Shown piece after piece: positions 18,319 through 27,894 of a stretch of 64,000 nt of DNA. The stretch spans positions 1,309 through 65,308 of the forward strand of contig JAZDMK010000301.1 in NCBI GenBank assembly GCA_043800975.1, in the 5' to 3' direction. The first letter of the stretch is position 1. Each line of letters opens with the position of its first letter. The translations under genes were made by a program, and so were the position numbers. Source of the stretch: Bacteroidota bacterium. Its GTDB lineage: Bacteria > Bacteroidota > Bacteroidia > Bacteroidales > JAHJDW01. The notes beneath the pieces are model-generated. The model saw nothing but the letters and a program-made list of their open reading frames with translations, did no database searches and had not been told where the DNA came from.

Positions 18319-21069
18319 TTACTTCACCACAAACTTCTTCACCATCCCTCTTTCCTTGATCATCAAATAATACAGTCCAGCCGGAAGGATCTTCACACTC
18401 AGCTTTGCACTCTTGTTTACAGAAAATTCTTTCAGCAAACTGCCCGTCGAATTGTAAAGCTGCATTCGCTGTGTGCCTTGTGTGTCGCTCAGTTGAATAC
18501 TTATCTCATCCTCCGCCGGATTCGGAAAAATATGAATTCTATTTTCATTGGCAGCGGAAGGATCAATGCCACCGGGCCCTACGACAATGTATGCCGTTTT
18601 CAGTTTGTTGCCAATGGTTGCATTATAACTTACAACCAGATTGACAGAATATACACCGGCTGAAGTATACGTATAAACCGGATCGCGCAGGTTGCTGTCG
18701 AAGCTGCCGTCGTTGTTGAAGTCCCACTGCCACGCTGTTGCATCCACATTGCTTAAGTCGGTGAAGTGCACGGTCAGCGGGGCATTCCCGAAAGTAGTGT
18801 CTGCTACAAAACTGATGCTGTCGCTTGCATTGGTAACAACATTAATCAATGAAGGTAATGACCATTCGCTCCATCGAACATTGTGATCCCGATAGCGAAC
18901 CCGCCATTCATAGGTGTTCCCGGCATGAAGTAATCCGGCAGGAACAGTTAATCGACGCAAATCAATTCCTGCATTTTTATCTATCAGATCAAAATTCGGT
19001 GTGGGTGTAACACCATAAATATTTGTCCAGTCGCGCAATGTATCCACAAGTGGTGTTGTATAATTTCCGGGTGTTGTCGTAATCTGAAAATGCGAACTCA
19101 TCAACGAATCAACACCGCTGAAAAGGGATGCAATTAAAGTAGGTGTTGTGTCGTTGCATACAGCCTGCGGATACATCGCAACAGGAGTGGAGGGTGCGGG
19201 TCTTCCCACAACGCCATGCCAACTGTCCATCGCAACATTATACATCGGTACATCCGGATTGCCGAGACTATACATGGTGGCCGTGTACGATTGATTGTCC
19301 AAATCTACATCCACGATTACATAGCAATGATAATCGTACGAAACCTGCACATTCGGCAGATCCACCTGGTTTGCATACATGCCCCAACGGTCGAGATCAC
19401 CGGCAGCACCACCGGCCAGTATAGTGCGGAAGTCGCGTTTCTGACTATTGTTGCTTATATAAGTTCCATGTTCAAAATTGTGCGAATGTCCGAACGAATG
19501 CATCGCAATCTTTGGATAGGTTGAAAACACGGGGTAGATATTATCATATACGTATGTTGCATTTCCATCGGGCCACAATTCGCTGCGGCCAGGCCTGTGC
19601 GCATAGGCAAAAACAAAATCCACTTCTGTATTTGTATTTGATTCATCCAGCTTTTGCTGAACCCATGTTGTTTGAAGTATATTGTCGTATGAGCCGGCTG
19701 TGTTCATGGAAAGGAATTGAACATTACCTAAATTAAACGTGTAGTATTTTTCGCAAAGAAAATTGGGATATTGATACGAAGAGAAATCATCGTAGTGCAT
19801 GTAATTGTAGAAATAATTATTTTCCCCTTCATGGTTTCCGATTGAAATCATAAAAGGAACTGAGCATGACAAAACAGAAAATGGATTAAAAAATTCAGTT
19901 TCGTAGGAAGCAATGATGGAGCCCGTTCCAACAAGATCGCCTGTATGCAGAATCAAATTCACGCTGTTGTGCCAATCAGGTCCATATAGTTCAATAAATT
20001 TTTCACGCATTGCTGTTGCTGTGAGAGACGCTTGTCCATAGTTTGTTTGCGAATCACCAATCACGGCAAAGCGAATGTGTCCGCCAGTAGTTGTGGGCAA
20101 TACCGCAGTATGAAAAGGAAAAATATTGGATGTGTCTGCACCGCTTATGCAGCGATAATAATACGTTGTGTTGGGTGTAAGTCCGGTTAGTTTTGTAGTA
20201 TGCCAGCGTTTTCCGCCATTGTCCATGTTGGTTCCGCTAGCTGTTTGTGTGAGAGCCGTTGAGTCGGTTCCATAAATCACCTTTGTTGATGATGTGTTTA
20301 CATTATGCCAACTGATATAAATGGAAGTGGGTGTTGGTGTTTCCAGATAGGGTTTAATTCCGGTTGTATTTATCACATGTCCGAATCCCTGCAATCCTAG
20401 TATTTCAGATGCATTAAGGCAGGTGTCGAAAATCGCAATCTGTGCTACATCGATGGAATTATCTTCGCCATCATCATCCGCAAAAAATAAAACATCGTTG
20501 CCATTGCTCAATGGATACAGTGCAAAGCGGTCATCGGCAATTTGTGCACCACCGCTCTGAATAAGCTGCCCGTCGATATAATAGTTGTATGAATTTCCTA
20601 AATCAGCTGAAATCACAAGGCGGTACCATTCTCCGGGAACAACCGTGAAAGAAGAATATCCGGTTGCAGCAACACCTATTTGTCCGGTCGTATTGATGAA
20701 TGCATCACCATCATTGCTGTTTTGATAACTGGTTTGTAAAAACGAATACCACTGTCCCAGTTGACTGATGCGGAAGTCGATCAGTATTGAATAGCGATTC
20801 ACAAATTGAGGCGTCCCTGATCCGTTGGCAGCAATATCGTGATAGCAATGATAATAACTTCCAATACCAATTCGTGCAGCGCTGTCGTTGATGGAAGGTC
20901 CCGCAACAGCAGTATGCGTGCCTTGCAGAACAAGGTTGTTTCCCAATGTAGCTTGCAGTAAATTATTTGCATGATCAAACGTCCACCTTCCTTTCAGGCT
21001 TGCGGGCCAGGTTTGTGCGCTGCTTGCGAAAGTGATGATTGAAAAGAGGAAGAGAAATATTTGTCTCAT
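18319..21069 (-). CDS. Secreted LamG + FN3/purple acid phosphatase-like metallophosphoesterase + PKD protein with T9SS CTD
   Basis: Metallophosphoesterase motifs GDSQ, TGDLV, GNHE, GHSH; PKD APLTVHFTDLS...WQWDF; CTD IFPNPAED...AGLYYL...KKFVVK. Confidence 0.9.
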   Translation of the reverse strand: MRQIFLFLFSIITFASSAQTWPASLKGRWTFDHANNLLQATLGNNLVLQGTHTAVAGPSINDSAARIGIGSYYHCYHDIAANGSGTPQFVNRYSILIDFRISQLGQWYSFLQTSYQNSNDGDAFINTTGQIGVAATGYSSFTVVPGEWYRLVISADLGNSYNYYIDGQLIQSGGAQIADDRFALYPLSNGNDVLFFADDDGEDNSIDVAQIAIFDTCLNASEILGLQGFGHVINTTGIKPYLETPTPTSIYISWHNVNTSSTKVIYGTDSTALTQTASGTNMDNGGKRWHTTKLTGLTPNTTYYYRCISGADTSNIFPFHTAVLPTTTGGHIRFAVIGDSQTNYGQASLTATAMREKFIELYGPDWHNSVNLILHTGDLVGTGSIIASYETEFFNPFSVLSCSVPFMISIGNHEGENNYFYNYMHYDDFSSYQYPNFLCEKYYTFNLGNVQFLSMNTAGSYDNILQTTWVQQKLDESNTNTEVDFVFAYAHRPGRSELWPDGNATYVYDNIYPVFSTYPKIAMHSFGHSHNFEHGTYISNNSQKRDFRTILAGGAAGDLDRWGMYANQVDLPNVQVSYDYHCYVIVDVDLDNQSYTATMYSLGNPDVPMYNVAMDSWHGVVGRPAPSTPVAMYPQAVCNDTTPTLIASLFSGVDSLMSSHFQITTTPGNYTTPLVDTLRDWTNIYGVTPTPNFDLIDKNAGIDLRRLTVPAGLLHAGNTYEWRVRYRDHNVRWSEWSLPSLINVVTNASDSISFVADTTFGNAPLTVHFTDLSNVDATAWQWDFNNDGSFDSNLRDPVYTYTSAGVYSVNLVVSYNATIGNKLKTAYIVVGPGGIDPSAANENRIHIFPNPAEDEISIQLSDTQGTQRMQLYNSTGSLLKEFSVNKSAKLSVKILPAGLYYLMIKERGMVKKFVVK

Positions 21070-21166
21070 TATTTCAAAATTAATTGAAGATGAAATTCAA
21101 AGTTAGCTGTATTTTTAGAAATGCAGATTGATAAAATTGCAAAGAGACTTTATAAAAAAGAAGATG

Positions 21167-22354
21167 TTAGTTCGAATCAACTTTAGGTTCAGGCTCTTCC
21201 TTTTCCTTCCCAAACTGAGAAGTTTTAATTCTTTCAAACCTCGATTTCAACTTCAGGAAGGGTTTCTCAAAGAGTTCATAACTGATCATCGGAATAATCA
21301 ATGATAAGCTGAACATCAGCGCAGCATATATCCAAATATTATTTGAGTTGTGATCGATCATCACACGTTTGATTACAATCAAAATTATAAACACGTGGTA
21401 TATGTATATCCCATATGAAATTTTCCCGAAGTAATGCCAGATACTTCTCTTTTTAAAAGTAAGAAAAGCATTGGGATTAAACATATAATTACCCATCCAG
21501 AAAGCAGCAATACCGAGGTAGAAATATTTCTTAAACATGATTGTGAACAAGGAATTCCAGTCACACATATCATCCATACACAGCGTAAAAATGAAGAGCC
21601 CGTATACAAGATAGCGGATATAGGCGGGGACATTCAGTTTGATTGGATTTTTAAAATGCATGTATCCGAAAAATGCACCAATCACTAAAGCATCACAACG
21701 GCTCAGTGTGTGTAAGTAATAAACAAACCATTGTTGTTCACCATAAAATGCAGTGTACGCTCTGAACACTATGCTTGCAAGAAAAATTGTAAAGAAAGCA
21801 TGGGGCAGTTTTTTCATTGGAATCAGAGCGATAACCCAGGGCCAGACTAAATAAAAATGTTCTTCAATACAGATAGACCAGAAATGGGCAAAAGGATAGG
21901 TCCACTCGTTATGATAAATCGCATTAAAATTATTGTAAAACAAAATGTTTGCCCAGTAGTTGGGTTCCGGTGTAGAATCTGTGAATGCAACACACAGTGG
22001 AGCAATAGCAATTGCCAGAAAATACAAAGGCCAGATGCGTAATATTCGTCTCACATAAAATTTGCCGATATGAATTTTTCCGAAACGGTCTTTCTCGCGT
22101 AGAAGCAAATACGTAATTAGAAATCCGCTGATCAGAAAAAAGATATCAACACCAAACTGAAAATTTTTCATCAGCATGTCGATGCCTCTTCCAATAGTTG
22201 TAAATTCCTGGTATGTTCCACCAGTCAGAATGCCGGGTTTTCCAAACCAGCCTTTCCAGTTGTCATATGAATGCATGATTACAACCATAAAGGCTGCAAC
22301 AAAACGAAACACATCGAGATGCTGGAAATAAACGGAATCTTTTTTCTCTTCCAT
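21167..22354 (-). CDS. Acyltransferase family 3 (OafA-like) membrane protein
   Basis: LDVFRFVA, GVDIFFLISGFLI, RRILRIWPLY, HFWSICIEEHFY, SYELFEKPF; start set at MEEKK after TACATTTG (22370-22377). Confidence 0.92.
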   Translation of the reverse strand: MEEKKDSVYFQHLDVFRFVAAFMVVIMHSYDNWKGWFGKPGILTGGTYQEFTTIGRGIDMLMKNFQFGVDIFFLISGFLITYLLLREKDRFGKIHIGKFYVRRILRIWPLYFLAIAIAPLCVAFTDSTPEPNYWANILFYNNFNAIYHNEWTYPFAHFWSICIEEHFYLVWPWVIALIPMKKLPHAFFTIFLASIVFRAYTAFYGEQQWFVYYLHTLSRCDALVIGAFFGYMHFKNPIKLNVPAYIRYLVYGLFIFTLCMDDMCDWNSLFTIMFKKYFYLGIAAFWMGNYMFNPNAFLTFKKRSIWHYFGKISYGIYIYHVFIILIVIKRVMIDHNSNNIWIYAALMFSLSLIIPMISYELFEKPFLKLKSRFERIKTSQFGKEKEEPEPKVDSN

Positions 22355-22446
22355 ACAATTGTGAAAGGACAAATGTAGAAAAAAAATTAAGGTTTAGGTT
22401 TTTGATACGATCAGAGTTCTTATTTTTGGTTTCGATAAAAGGAAAA

Positions 22447-23325
22447 ATGGGAAGTGGCGGAAATGAACTAATTCTTTATTCCATCATCGTAATGGGATCT
22501 ATTGGCTTGCTGGCAGGTGTTTTGCTGTTTGTGGTTGCACGTAAATTTTACGTAAAGGAAGATCCCCGAATTGCACTTATTCGCGAAATCCTGCCCGGAG
22601 CTAACTGCGGTGGTTGTGGATATCCCGGTTGTAATGCGTTTGCTGAAGCCATCGCCAAAAGTGAAGATATGGGAGATTTTTTCTGCCCCGTTGCCGGCAG
22701 TGAACCCATGAAGCAAATTGCTTCTTTGATGGGTGTTGTATCACCTGAAAAAGCGGCTTATGTGGCGGTTGTTCGTTGCAACTGTTCTCCTTTTATTGAT
22801 GATGAAAAAATAAAAATGGATGGTCTCAGCGATTGCTTTATTGCAGCCATGAATGTTTCGTCCGAATGCGGATGCCCGCATGCATGTCTGGGTCTGGGTG
22901 ATTGTGTTCGTGCCTGCCCGTTTGATGCCATTCATATAAATCCGTTTACAAAACTTCCTGTTGTCATTGACGAAAAATGCAATGCCTGTGCATCATGTGT
23001 GAGAGAGTGTCCCCGAAAAATTATCGAGCTGCGAAGACAACAGGAAGATGGTAATCGTGTTTTTGTCAGTTGTGTGAATGTTCAGAAAGGAATCTTTTCA
23101 AAACAAAACTGTACAACCACCTGCATAGCCTGTAACAAATGCGTAAAAGCATGTAAGCATGATGCCGTGGCTGTGAAAGATAATCTGGCATACATTAAAG
23201 ATATTAACTGTATTTCATGCATGCAATGCGTTGCCGAATGTCCGAACAATACTATACATGCAGTTTTTGGAAACAGCGGTAAAAGAATGAATGTTGAAGA
23301 AATTCAGAAAGCGAAGGTGGAATAA
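22447..23325 (+). CDS. rnfB: Rnf electron transport complex subunit B
   Basis: N-terminal TM helix, LPGANCGGCGYPGC, several ferredoxin CxxCxxCxxxC motifs; start after TATTTTTG at 22421-22428. Confidence 0.92.
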   Translation: MGSGGNELILYSIIVMGSIGLLAGVLLFVVARKFYVKEDPRIALIREILPGANCGGCGYPGCNAFAEAIAKSEDMGDFFCPVAGSEPMKQIASLMGVVSPEKAAYVAVVRCNCSPFIDDEKIKMDGLSDCFIAAMNVSSECGCPHACLGLGDCVRACPFDAIHINPFTKLPVVIDEKCNACASCVRECPRKIIELRRQQEDGNRVFVSCVNVQKGIFSKQNCTTTCIACNKCVKACKHDAVAVKDNLAYIKDINCISCMQCVAECPNNTIHAVFGNSGKRMNVEEIQKAKVE

Positions 23326-24653
23326 TGGGACAGAAACATACATTCAGAAAAGGAGGCATACATCCACCGGAAAATAAACTTGCGGCAAGTATTGTTATTG
23401 AAGTGTTAGCGGTTCCTCCCCGGGTTACAATTCCTCTTCGCCTGCATATAGGTGCGCCTGCAGTTGCGTTGGTAGCGAAAGGAGATGCAGTGAAAACGGG
23501 GCAGTTGATTGCTTCAGGAAATGATTTTATTTCTGCGAATGTTCATTCATCGGTTACCGGAGTTGTGGAAAGTATTTCTCCGCTTCCTGATATCAGCGGC
23601 ATCCCGACGATGATGATTGTCATTAAATCGGAAGAAGATGTTTGGGATACTTCTGTATCAAATATTGAAACTACTCCTGCGAATTTTAATGCAGCAACGC
23701 TGGTTGAAAAAATTAAACAGGCGGGCATTGTGGGTTTGGGTGGTGCAACATTCCCATCGCATGTGAAACTAATGGTTCCCCGTGGAAAAACCGTGGATAC
23801 ATTAATAATTAACGGATCGGAATGCGAACCCTATCTTACTTCCGATCATCGTTTAATGCTTGAAAACCCGCATGAAATGCTGAAAGGCGTTGTAGTGATG
23901 ATGAGAGCACTTGGACTGGAAAAAGCATTTGTTGGCATTGAAAAAAATAAAGCAGATGCGATAGATTTGCTGCAAAATATTATTCAGCAGGAAAAAATTT
24001 CGATTGAAATTGTTCCACTTAAAGTTAAGTATCCGCAGGGAGCAGAAAAAATGCTGATCTATGCAATCACAGGAAGAAAGGTTCCTTCGCTTGCATTGCC
24101 AGTGGAAACGGGATGCATCGTTCATAACGTAGGAACAGCCCTTGCCGTTTATGATGCTGTTTGTAAAAATAAACCACTCGTTGAACGCATTCTAACAGTT
24201 ACTCAAAAAACAGGTGTTCAAAAAAATTATCGTGTCCGGATTGGAACCCCTGTTTCATACGTATTAGAGAAGGCGGGTATTGCCAATGATTTTAAAGGGA
24301 AAGTAATTGCCGGCGGACCCATGATGGGAAAAGCAATAGCATCATTGGAAACGCCTGTCACCAAAGGTATGTCGGGACTATTAGTACTGGATGAGAAAGA
24401 TGCTTTCCGTCCTGCTGTTGAAAACTGTATTCGTTGTGCAAGATGTGTGAGCGCCTGTCCGATGGGCCTTGAACCTTATATCCTGCAGCAAATGGTTTTC
24501 GCAGAACGCTACGAAGAAACAAAATCAAAATTTATTCTTGATTGCATGGAGTGCGGAAGTTGCCAGTATATCTGTCCTTCAGCACGACCTCTCTTAGACT
24601 ATATTCGAAAAGGAAAAGTGAAACTGAATGAACTGTTACGAAAAAAATCATAA
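23325..24653 (+). CDS. rnfC: Rnf electron transport complex subunit C
   Basis: GGIHPPENK, GLGGATFPSHVK, ECEPYLTSD, GGPMMG, CIRCARCVSACP, CMECGSCQYICP. Confidence 0.96.
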   Translation: MGQKHTFRKGGIHPPENKLAASIVIEVLAVPPRVTIPLRLHIGAPAVALVAKGDAVKTGQLIASGNDFISANVHSSVTGVVESISPLPDISGIPTMMIVIKSEEDVWDTSVSNIETTPANFNAATLVEKIKQAGIVGLGGATFPSHVKLMVPRGKTVDTLIINGSECEPYLTSDHRLMLENPHEMLKGVVVMMRALGLEKAFVGIEKNKADAIDLLQNIIQQEKISIEIVPLKVKYPQGAEKMLIYAITGRKVPSLALPVETGCIVHNVGTALAVYDAVCKNKPLVERILTVTQKTGVQKNYRVRIGTPVSYVLEKAGIANDFKGKVIAGGPMMGKAIASLETPVTKGMSGLLVLDEKDAFRPAVENCIRCARCVSACPMGLEPYILQQMVFAERYEETKSKFILDCMECGSCQYICPSARPLLDYIRKGKVKLNELLRKKS

Positions 24654-24665
24654 TCTGAACGGAAA

Positions 24666-25670
24666 ATGAATATGCTAACTGTTTCTCCATCCCCACATAT
24701 CCGCGACAACATGTCGGTGCGGAAAATCATGTGGACAGTTGTCATTGCACTCCTGCCGGCGTTTGCTGTTTCCGTCTGGTATTTTGGAATCAGTGCTTTG
24801 TTAATTGTTTTATTATCTGTCGGAAGTTGTGTGACTTTTGAATTTCTAATTCAGAAATTATTTTTTAAAGAACAGACCCCTTCCTGGACCGATGGTTCTG
24901 CGGTCATTACAGGATTATTGCTTGCATTTAATGTTCCTTCGAATTTGCCCGTTTGGATGATGATGCTCGGTGCACTGTTTGCAATTGGCATCGCAAAAAT
25001 GTCGTATGGCGGTCTGGGCAAAAACCCTTTCAATCCTGCTTTAGCGGCACGTGTATTTCTTTTGATTTCTTTTCCCGTTGAAATGACAAGCTGGCCTTTG
25101 CCTTTGCAGAATCGCATGGTACTTACGGATGCAGTAACAGGACCCACGCCGTTGGGAATGGTCCGCGAAGGAATGACAAACGGACAAACACTGGGAGAAT
25201 TAATGGAAAAAGTTCCTTCCCATCTCGATATGCTTCTCGGAAACATGGGCGGATCGCTGGGCGAAGTTTCAGCACTGGCAATAATTATTGGTGGTTTGTT
25301 TTTATTAATACGCAGAATAATTTCGTGGCATATTCCTGTTTCATTTTTGCTAACGGTTTTTATTTTTACTGCAATTCTTCACGAGCAAAATGCGATGATA
25401 TATGCAGATCCTATATTCCATATTCTTTCCGGAGGTGTTATGCTGGGTGCGTTTTTCATGGCAACCGACATGGTGACTTCTCCCATGACGAAAGGAGGGA
25501 TGCTGCTCTTCGGCTTGGGCTGCGGCTTGCTGACAGTTGTCATCCGCGTGTGGGGGATTTATCCAGAGGGAGTTTCCTTTGCCATATTAATCATGAATGC
25601 ATTGACACCATTGATCAATAAAGGTTTTCGACCCAAGCGTTTTGCACCTGAAAAAACAAAAGAGTCATGA
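24666..25670 (+). CDS. rnfD: Rnf electron transport complex subunit D
   Basis: SPSPH, GGLGKNPFNPAL, DAVTGPTPL (FMN-Thr site), FFMATD, YPEGVSFAILIMN. Confidence 0.96.
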   Translation: MNMLTVSPSPHIRDNMSVRKIMWTVVIALLPAFAVSVWYFGISALLIVLLSVGSCVTFEFLIQKLFFKEQTPSWTDGSAVITGLLLAFNVPSNLPVWMMMLGALFAIGIAKMSYGGLGKNPFNPALAARVFLLISFPVEMTSWPLPLQNRMVLTDAVTGPTPLGMVREGMTNGQTLGELMEKVPSHLDMLLGNMGGSLGEVSALAIIIGGLFLLIRRIISWHIPVSFLLTVFIFTAILHEQNAMIYADPIFHILSGGVMLGAFFMATDMVTSPMTKGGMLLFGLGCGLLTVVIRVWGIYPEGVSFAILIMNALTPLINKGFRPKRFAPEKTKES

Positions 25671-26263
25671 GTAACATAAAGTTTTTTACCAACGGTTTAC
25701 TCAAAGAGAATCCTGTACTAGTACTCGTGCTGGGTACTTGCCCTACGCTGGCCGTTACGACTGCTGCCATAAACGGAATCGGGATGGGTATTGCCACCAC
25801 TTTTGTACTTGTGTTTTCAAATCTTCTGATAGCACTTCTTAAAAATTTAATTCCTGATAACGCACGTATCGCATCGTTTATTTTAATCATCGCCACATTC
25901 GTTACTATCGTTGATTTAACGATGCAAGCCTATTTTCCTGATTTGTATGAAACGCTGGGAATCTTTATTCCGCTGATCGTTGTGAACTGCATTATTCTGG
26001 GTCGTGCGGAAGCATTTGCTCAAAAAAATAAAGTCGTACCTGCCATACTCGACGGAATCGGAATGGGAATCGGGTTTACATTAGCAATCACGATTATGGG
26101 TGCTTTCCGCGAGTTACTCGGAAACGGATCTTTCTTTGATATCAAACTTGTGAGTGACAATGCACGCACAATTCTTTTGTTTGCATTACCTCCGGGTGCC
26201 TTTATCACATACGGATACATGATTGCTTTGATGAACCGTTATAAAAACAAACAAAAACTGTAG
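25667..26263 (+). CDS. rnfE: Rnf electron transport complex subunit E
   Basis: ENPVLVLVLGTCPTLAVT, IPLIVVNCIILGRAEAFA, LPPGAF. Confidence 0.96.
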   Translation: MSNIKFFTNGLLKENPVLVLVLGTCPTLAVTTAAINGIGMGIATTFVLVFSNLLIALLKNLIPDNARIASFILIIATFVTIVDLTMQAYFPDLYETLGIFIPLIVVNCIILGRAEAFAQKNKVVPAILDGIGMGIGFTLAITIMGAFRELLGNGSFFDIKLVSDNARTILLFALPPGAFITYGYMIALMNRYKNKQKL

Positions 26264-26265
26264 CC

Positions 26266-26841
26266 ATGGAATACCTCAATATTATTATCCTTGCGCTGCT
26301 GGTCAACAATGTTGTACTGGCACAGTTTCTTGGAATATGCCCGTTTCTGGGTGTTTCCAACAAGGTTTCCACTTCACTGGGTATGGGAGCTGCCGTAATT
26401 TTTGTAATGGCACTTGCAAATTTTGTAACCTATTTTATTCACTTTTACATTCTCATTCCTTATCACATTGAATTTCTACAAACGCTGTCTTTCATATTTA
26501 TCATTGCATTTCTGGTACAGGTTGTTGAAATTATTCTTAAAAAAGCAGTGCCTACACTTTATCAGGCTTTAGGAATTTATCTGCCATTAATAACAACAAA
26601 TTGCGCTGTGCTGGGAATAGCAATACTCGCTATACAAAAGAATTTTTCACTCCTTGAAAGTGTTGTGTATTCAAGCGCAACAGCAGCTGGCTTTACACTG
26701 GCTATGATTTTAATGGCGGGAATTCGTGAGCAAATAGAACTCGCTGGTGTGCCGAAGGGAATGAAAGGTTTTCCGATTTCATTAATTACAGCAGGCCTGC
26801 TTTCATTAGCATTTATGGGCTTTGCTGGAATTGTAAAATAA
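26266..26841 (+). CDS. rnfA: Rnf electron transport complex subunit A
   Basis: NNVVLAQFLGICPFLGVS, LPLITTNCAVLG, LSLAFMGF. Confidence 0.96.
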   Translation: MEYLNIIILALLVNNVVLAQFLGICPFLGVSNKVSTSLGMGAAVIFVMALANFVTYFIHFYILIPYHIEFLQTLSFIFIIAFLVQVVEIILKKAVPTLYQALGIYLPLITTNCAVLGIAILAIQKNFSLLESVVYSSATAAGFTLAMILMAGIREQIELAGVPKGMKGFPISLITAGLLSLAFMGFAGIVK

Positions 26842-26846
26842 AATTT

Positions 26847-27830
26847 ATGATATCATTACAGACAGAATACATGGGGATGAAAATCCCGTCACCCCTGATC
26901 GCTGGTGGTTCGGGTTTAACAAAAAATATTGATAACATTATTAAACTGGAACAATTTGGTGCGGGTGCTATCATCTTAAAATCACTTTTTGAAGAGCAAA
27001 TTCTGAATGATGCTTCTCAGCTTTCAGCCGGGATGTATTCAACAGAAGCTTTTGAATATGTTGATTTTTATAAAAAAGGTAATTCTTTGGATGAATACCT
27101 GAGTATGGTTTCAGATGCAAAGAAGGCAGTTAAGATTCCCATCATTGCCAGTATCAATTGTGTGAAACATGGCGAATGGTCTGCTTTTGCAAAACAAATT
27201 GAAGAAGCTGGTGCCGATGGAATTGAACTGAATATTTTCTTCCTGCCAACGGATATGGCTGCTGACAGCGGAATGTATGAACAACAATATCTCGACATCG
27301 TAGCATCTGTAAAAAAACATACGAAACTGCCCATTGCAGTAAAAATCGGATCACATTTTACTTCAATGTCTGCATTCATCCGAAAACTTTCCTGGTCGGG
27401 TATTTCCTCGATTGTTTTGTTCAACCGTTTTCTTCCGATGGACATTGATACGGATACAATGGAGGTTATTCCTGCACATTCTTTTTTCTCATCACCTTCT
27501 GAGATATACAATTCACTGAGATGGATTGCTTTGTTATCAGGTGATACAAAATTAAATTGTACACTTTCATCTTCAACCGGAATTCATTCGGGCGATGCAG
27601 CCGTAAAGATGCTTCTCGCCGGAGCGCAGACGGTGCAGGTTTGCTCTGCTTTGTATAAAGAGGGTTTGCAAAAAATGGAAAGCATCCACAAAGAACTTTC
27701 CGACTGGATGACTGAGCATCATCATGATAAGATCGAAGACTTTCGCGGACATCTGAACCGTGAATTGCTTACTGATCCTACGTTGTATAGCCGTGTTCAG
27801 TATATGAAACAAAATTCACGAATAGAATAA
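26847..27830 (+). CDS. Dihydroorotate dehydrogenase-like FMN protein
   Basis: KSLFEEQI, IASIN, ELNIF (no S-C-P-N loop), VLFNRF, KMLLAGA: DHOD-like subfamily. Confidence 0.85.
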   Translation: MISLQTEYMGMKIPSPLIAGGSGLTKNIDNIIKLEQFGAGAIILKSLFEEQILNDASQLSAGMYSTEAFEYVDFYKKGNSLDEYLSMVSDAKKAVKIPIIASINCVKHGEWSAFAKQIEEAGADGIELNIFFLPTDMAADSGMYEQQYLDIVASVKKHTKLPIAVKIGSHFTSMSAFIRKLSWSGISSIVLFNRFLPMDIDTDTMEVIPAHSFFSSPSEIYNSLRWIALLSGDTKLNCTLSSSTGIHSGDAAVKMLLAGAQTVQVCSALYKEGLQKMESIHKELSDWMTEHHHDKIEDFRGHLNRELLTDPTLYSRVQYMKQNSRIE

Positions 27831-27832
27831 TT

Positions 27833-27894
27833 ACAATACCATCCCTTCGGGATTGTATTTATTCAATTTAGGAATGTTGAAGGGATGGTATTGT
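27833..27894. repeat. REP-like inverted repeat, possible bidirectional terminator
   Basis: ACAATACCATCCCTTC (27833-27848) and its perfect reverse complement (27879-27894); nested ATCCC-TTC-GGGAT. Confidence 0.75.
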
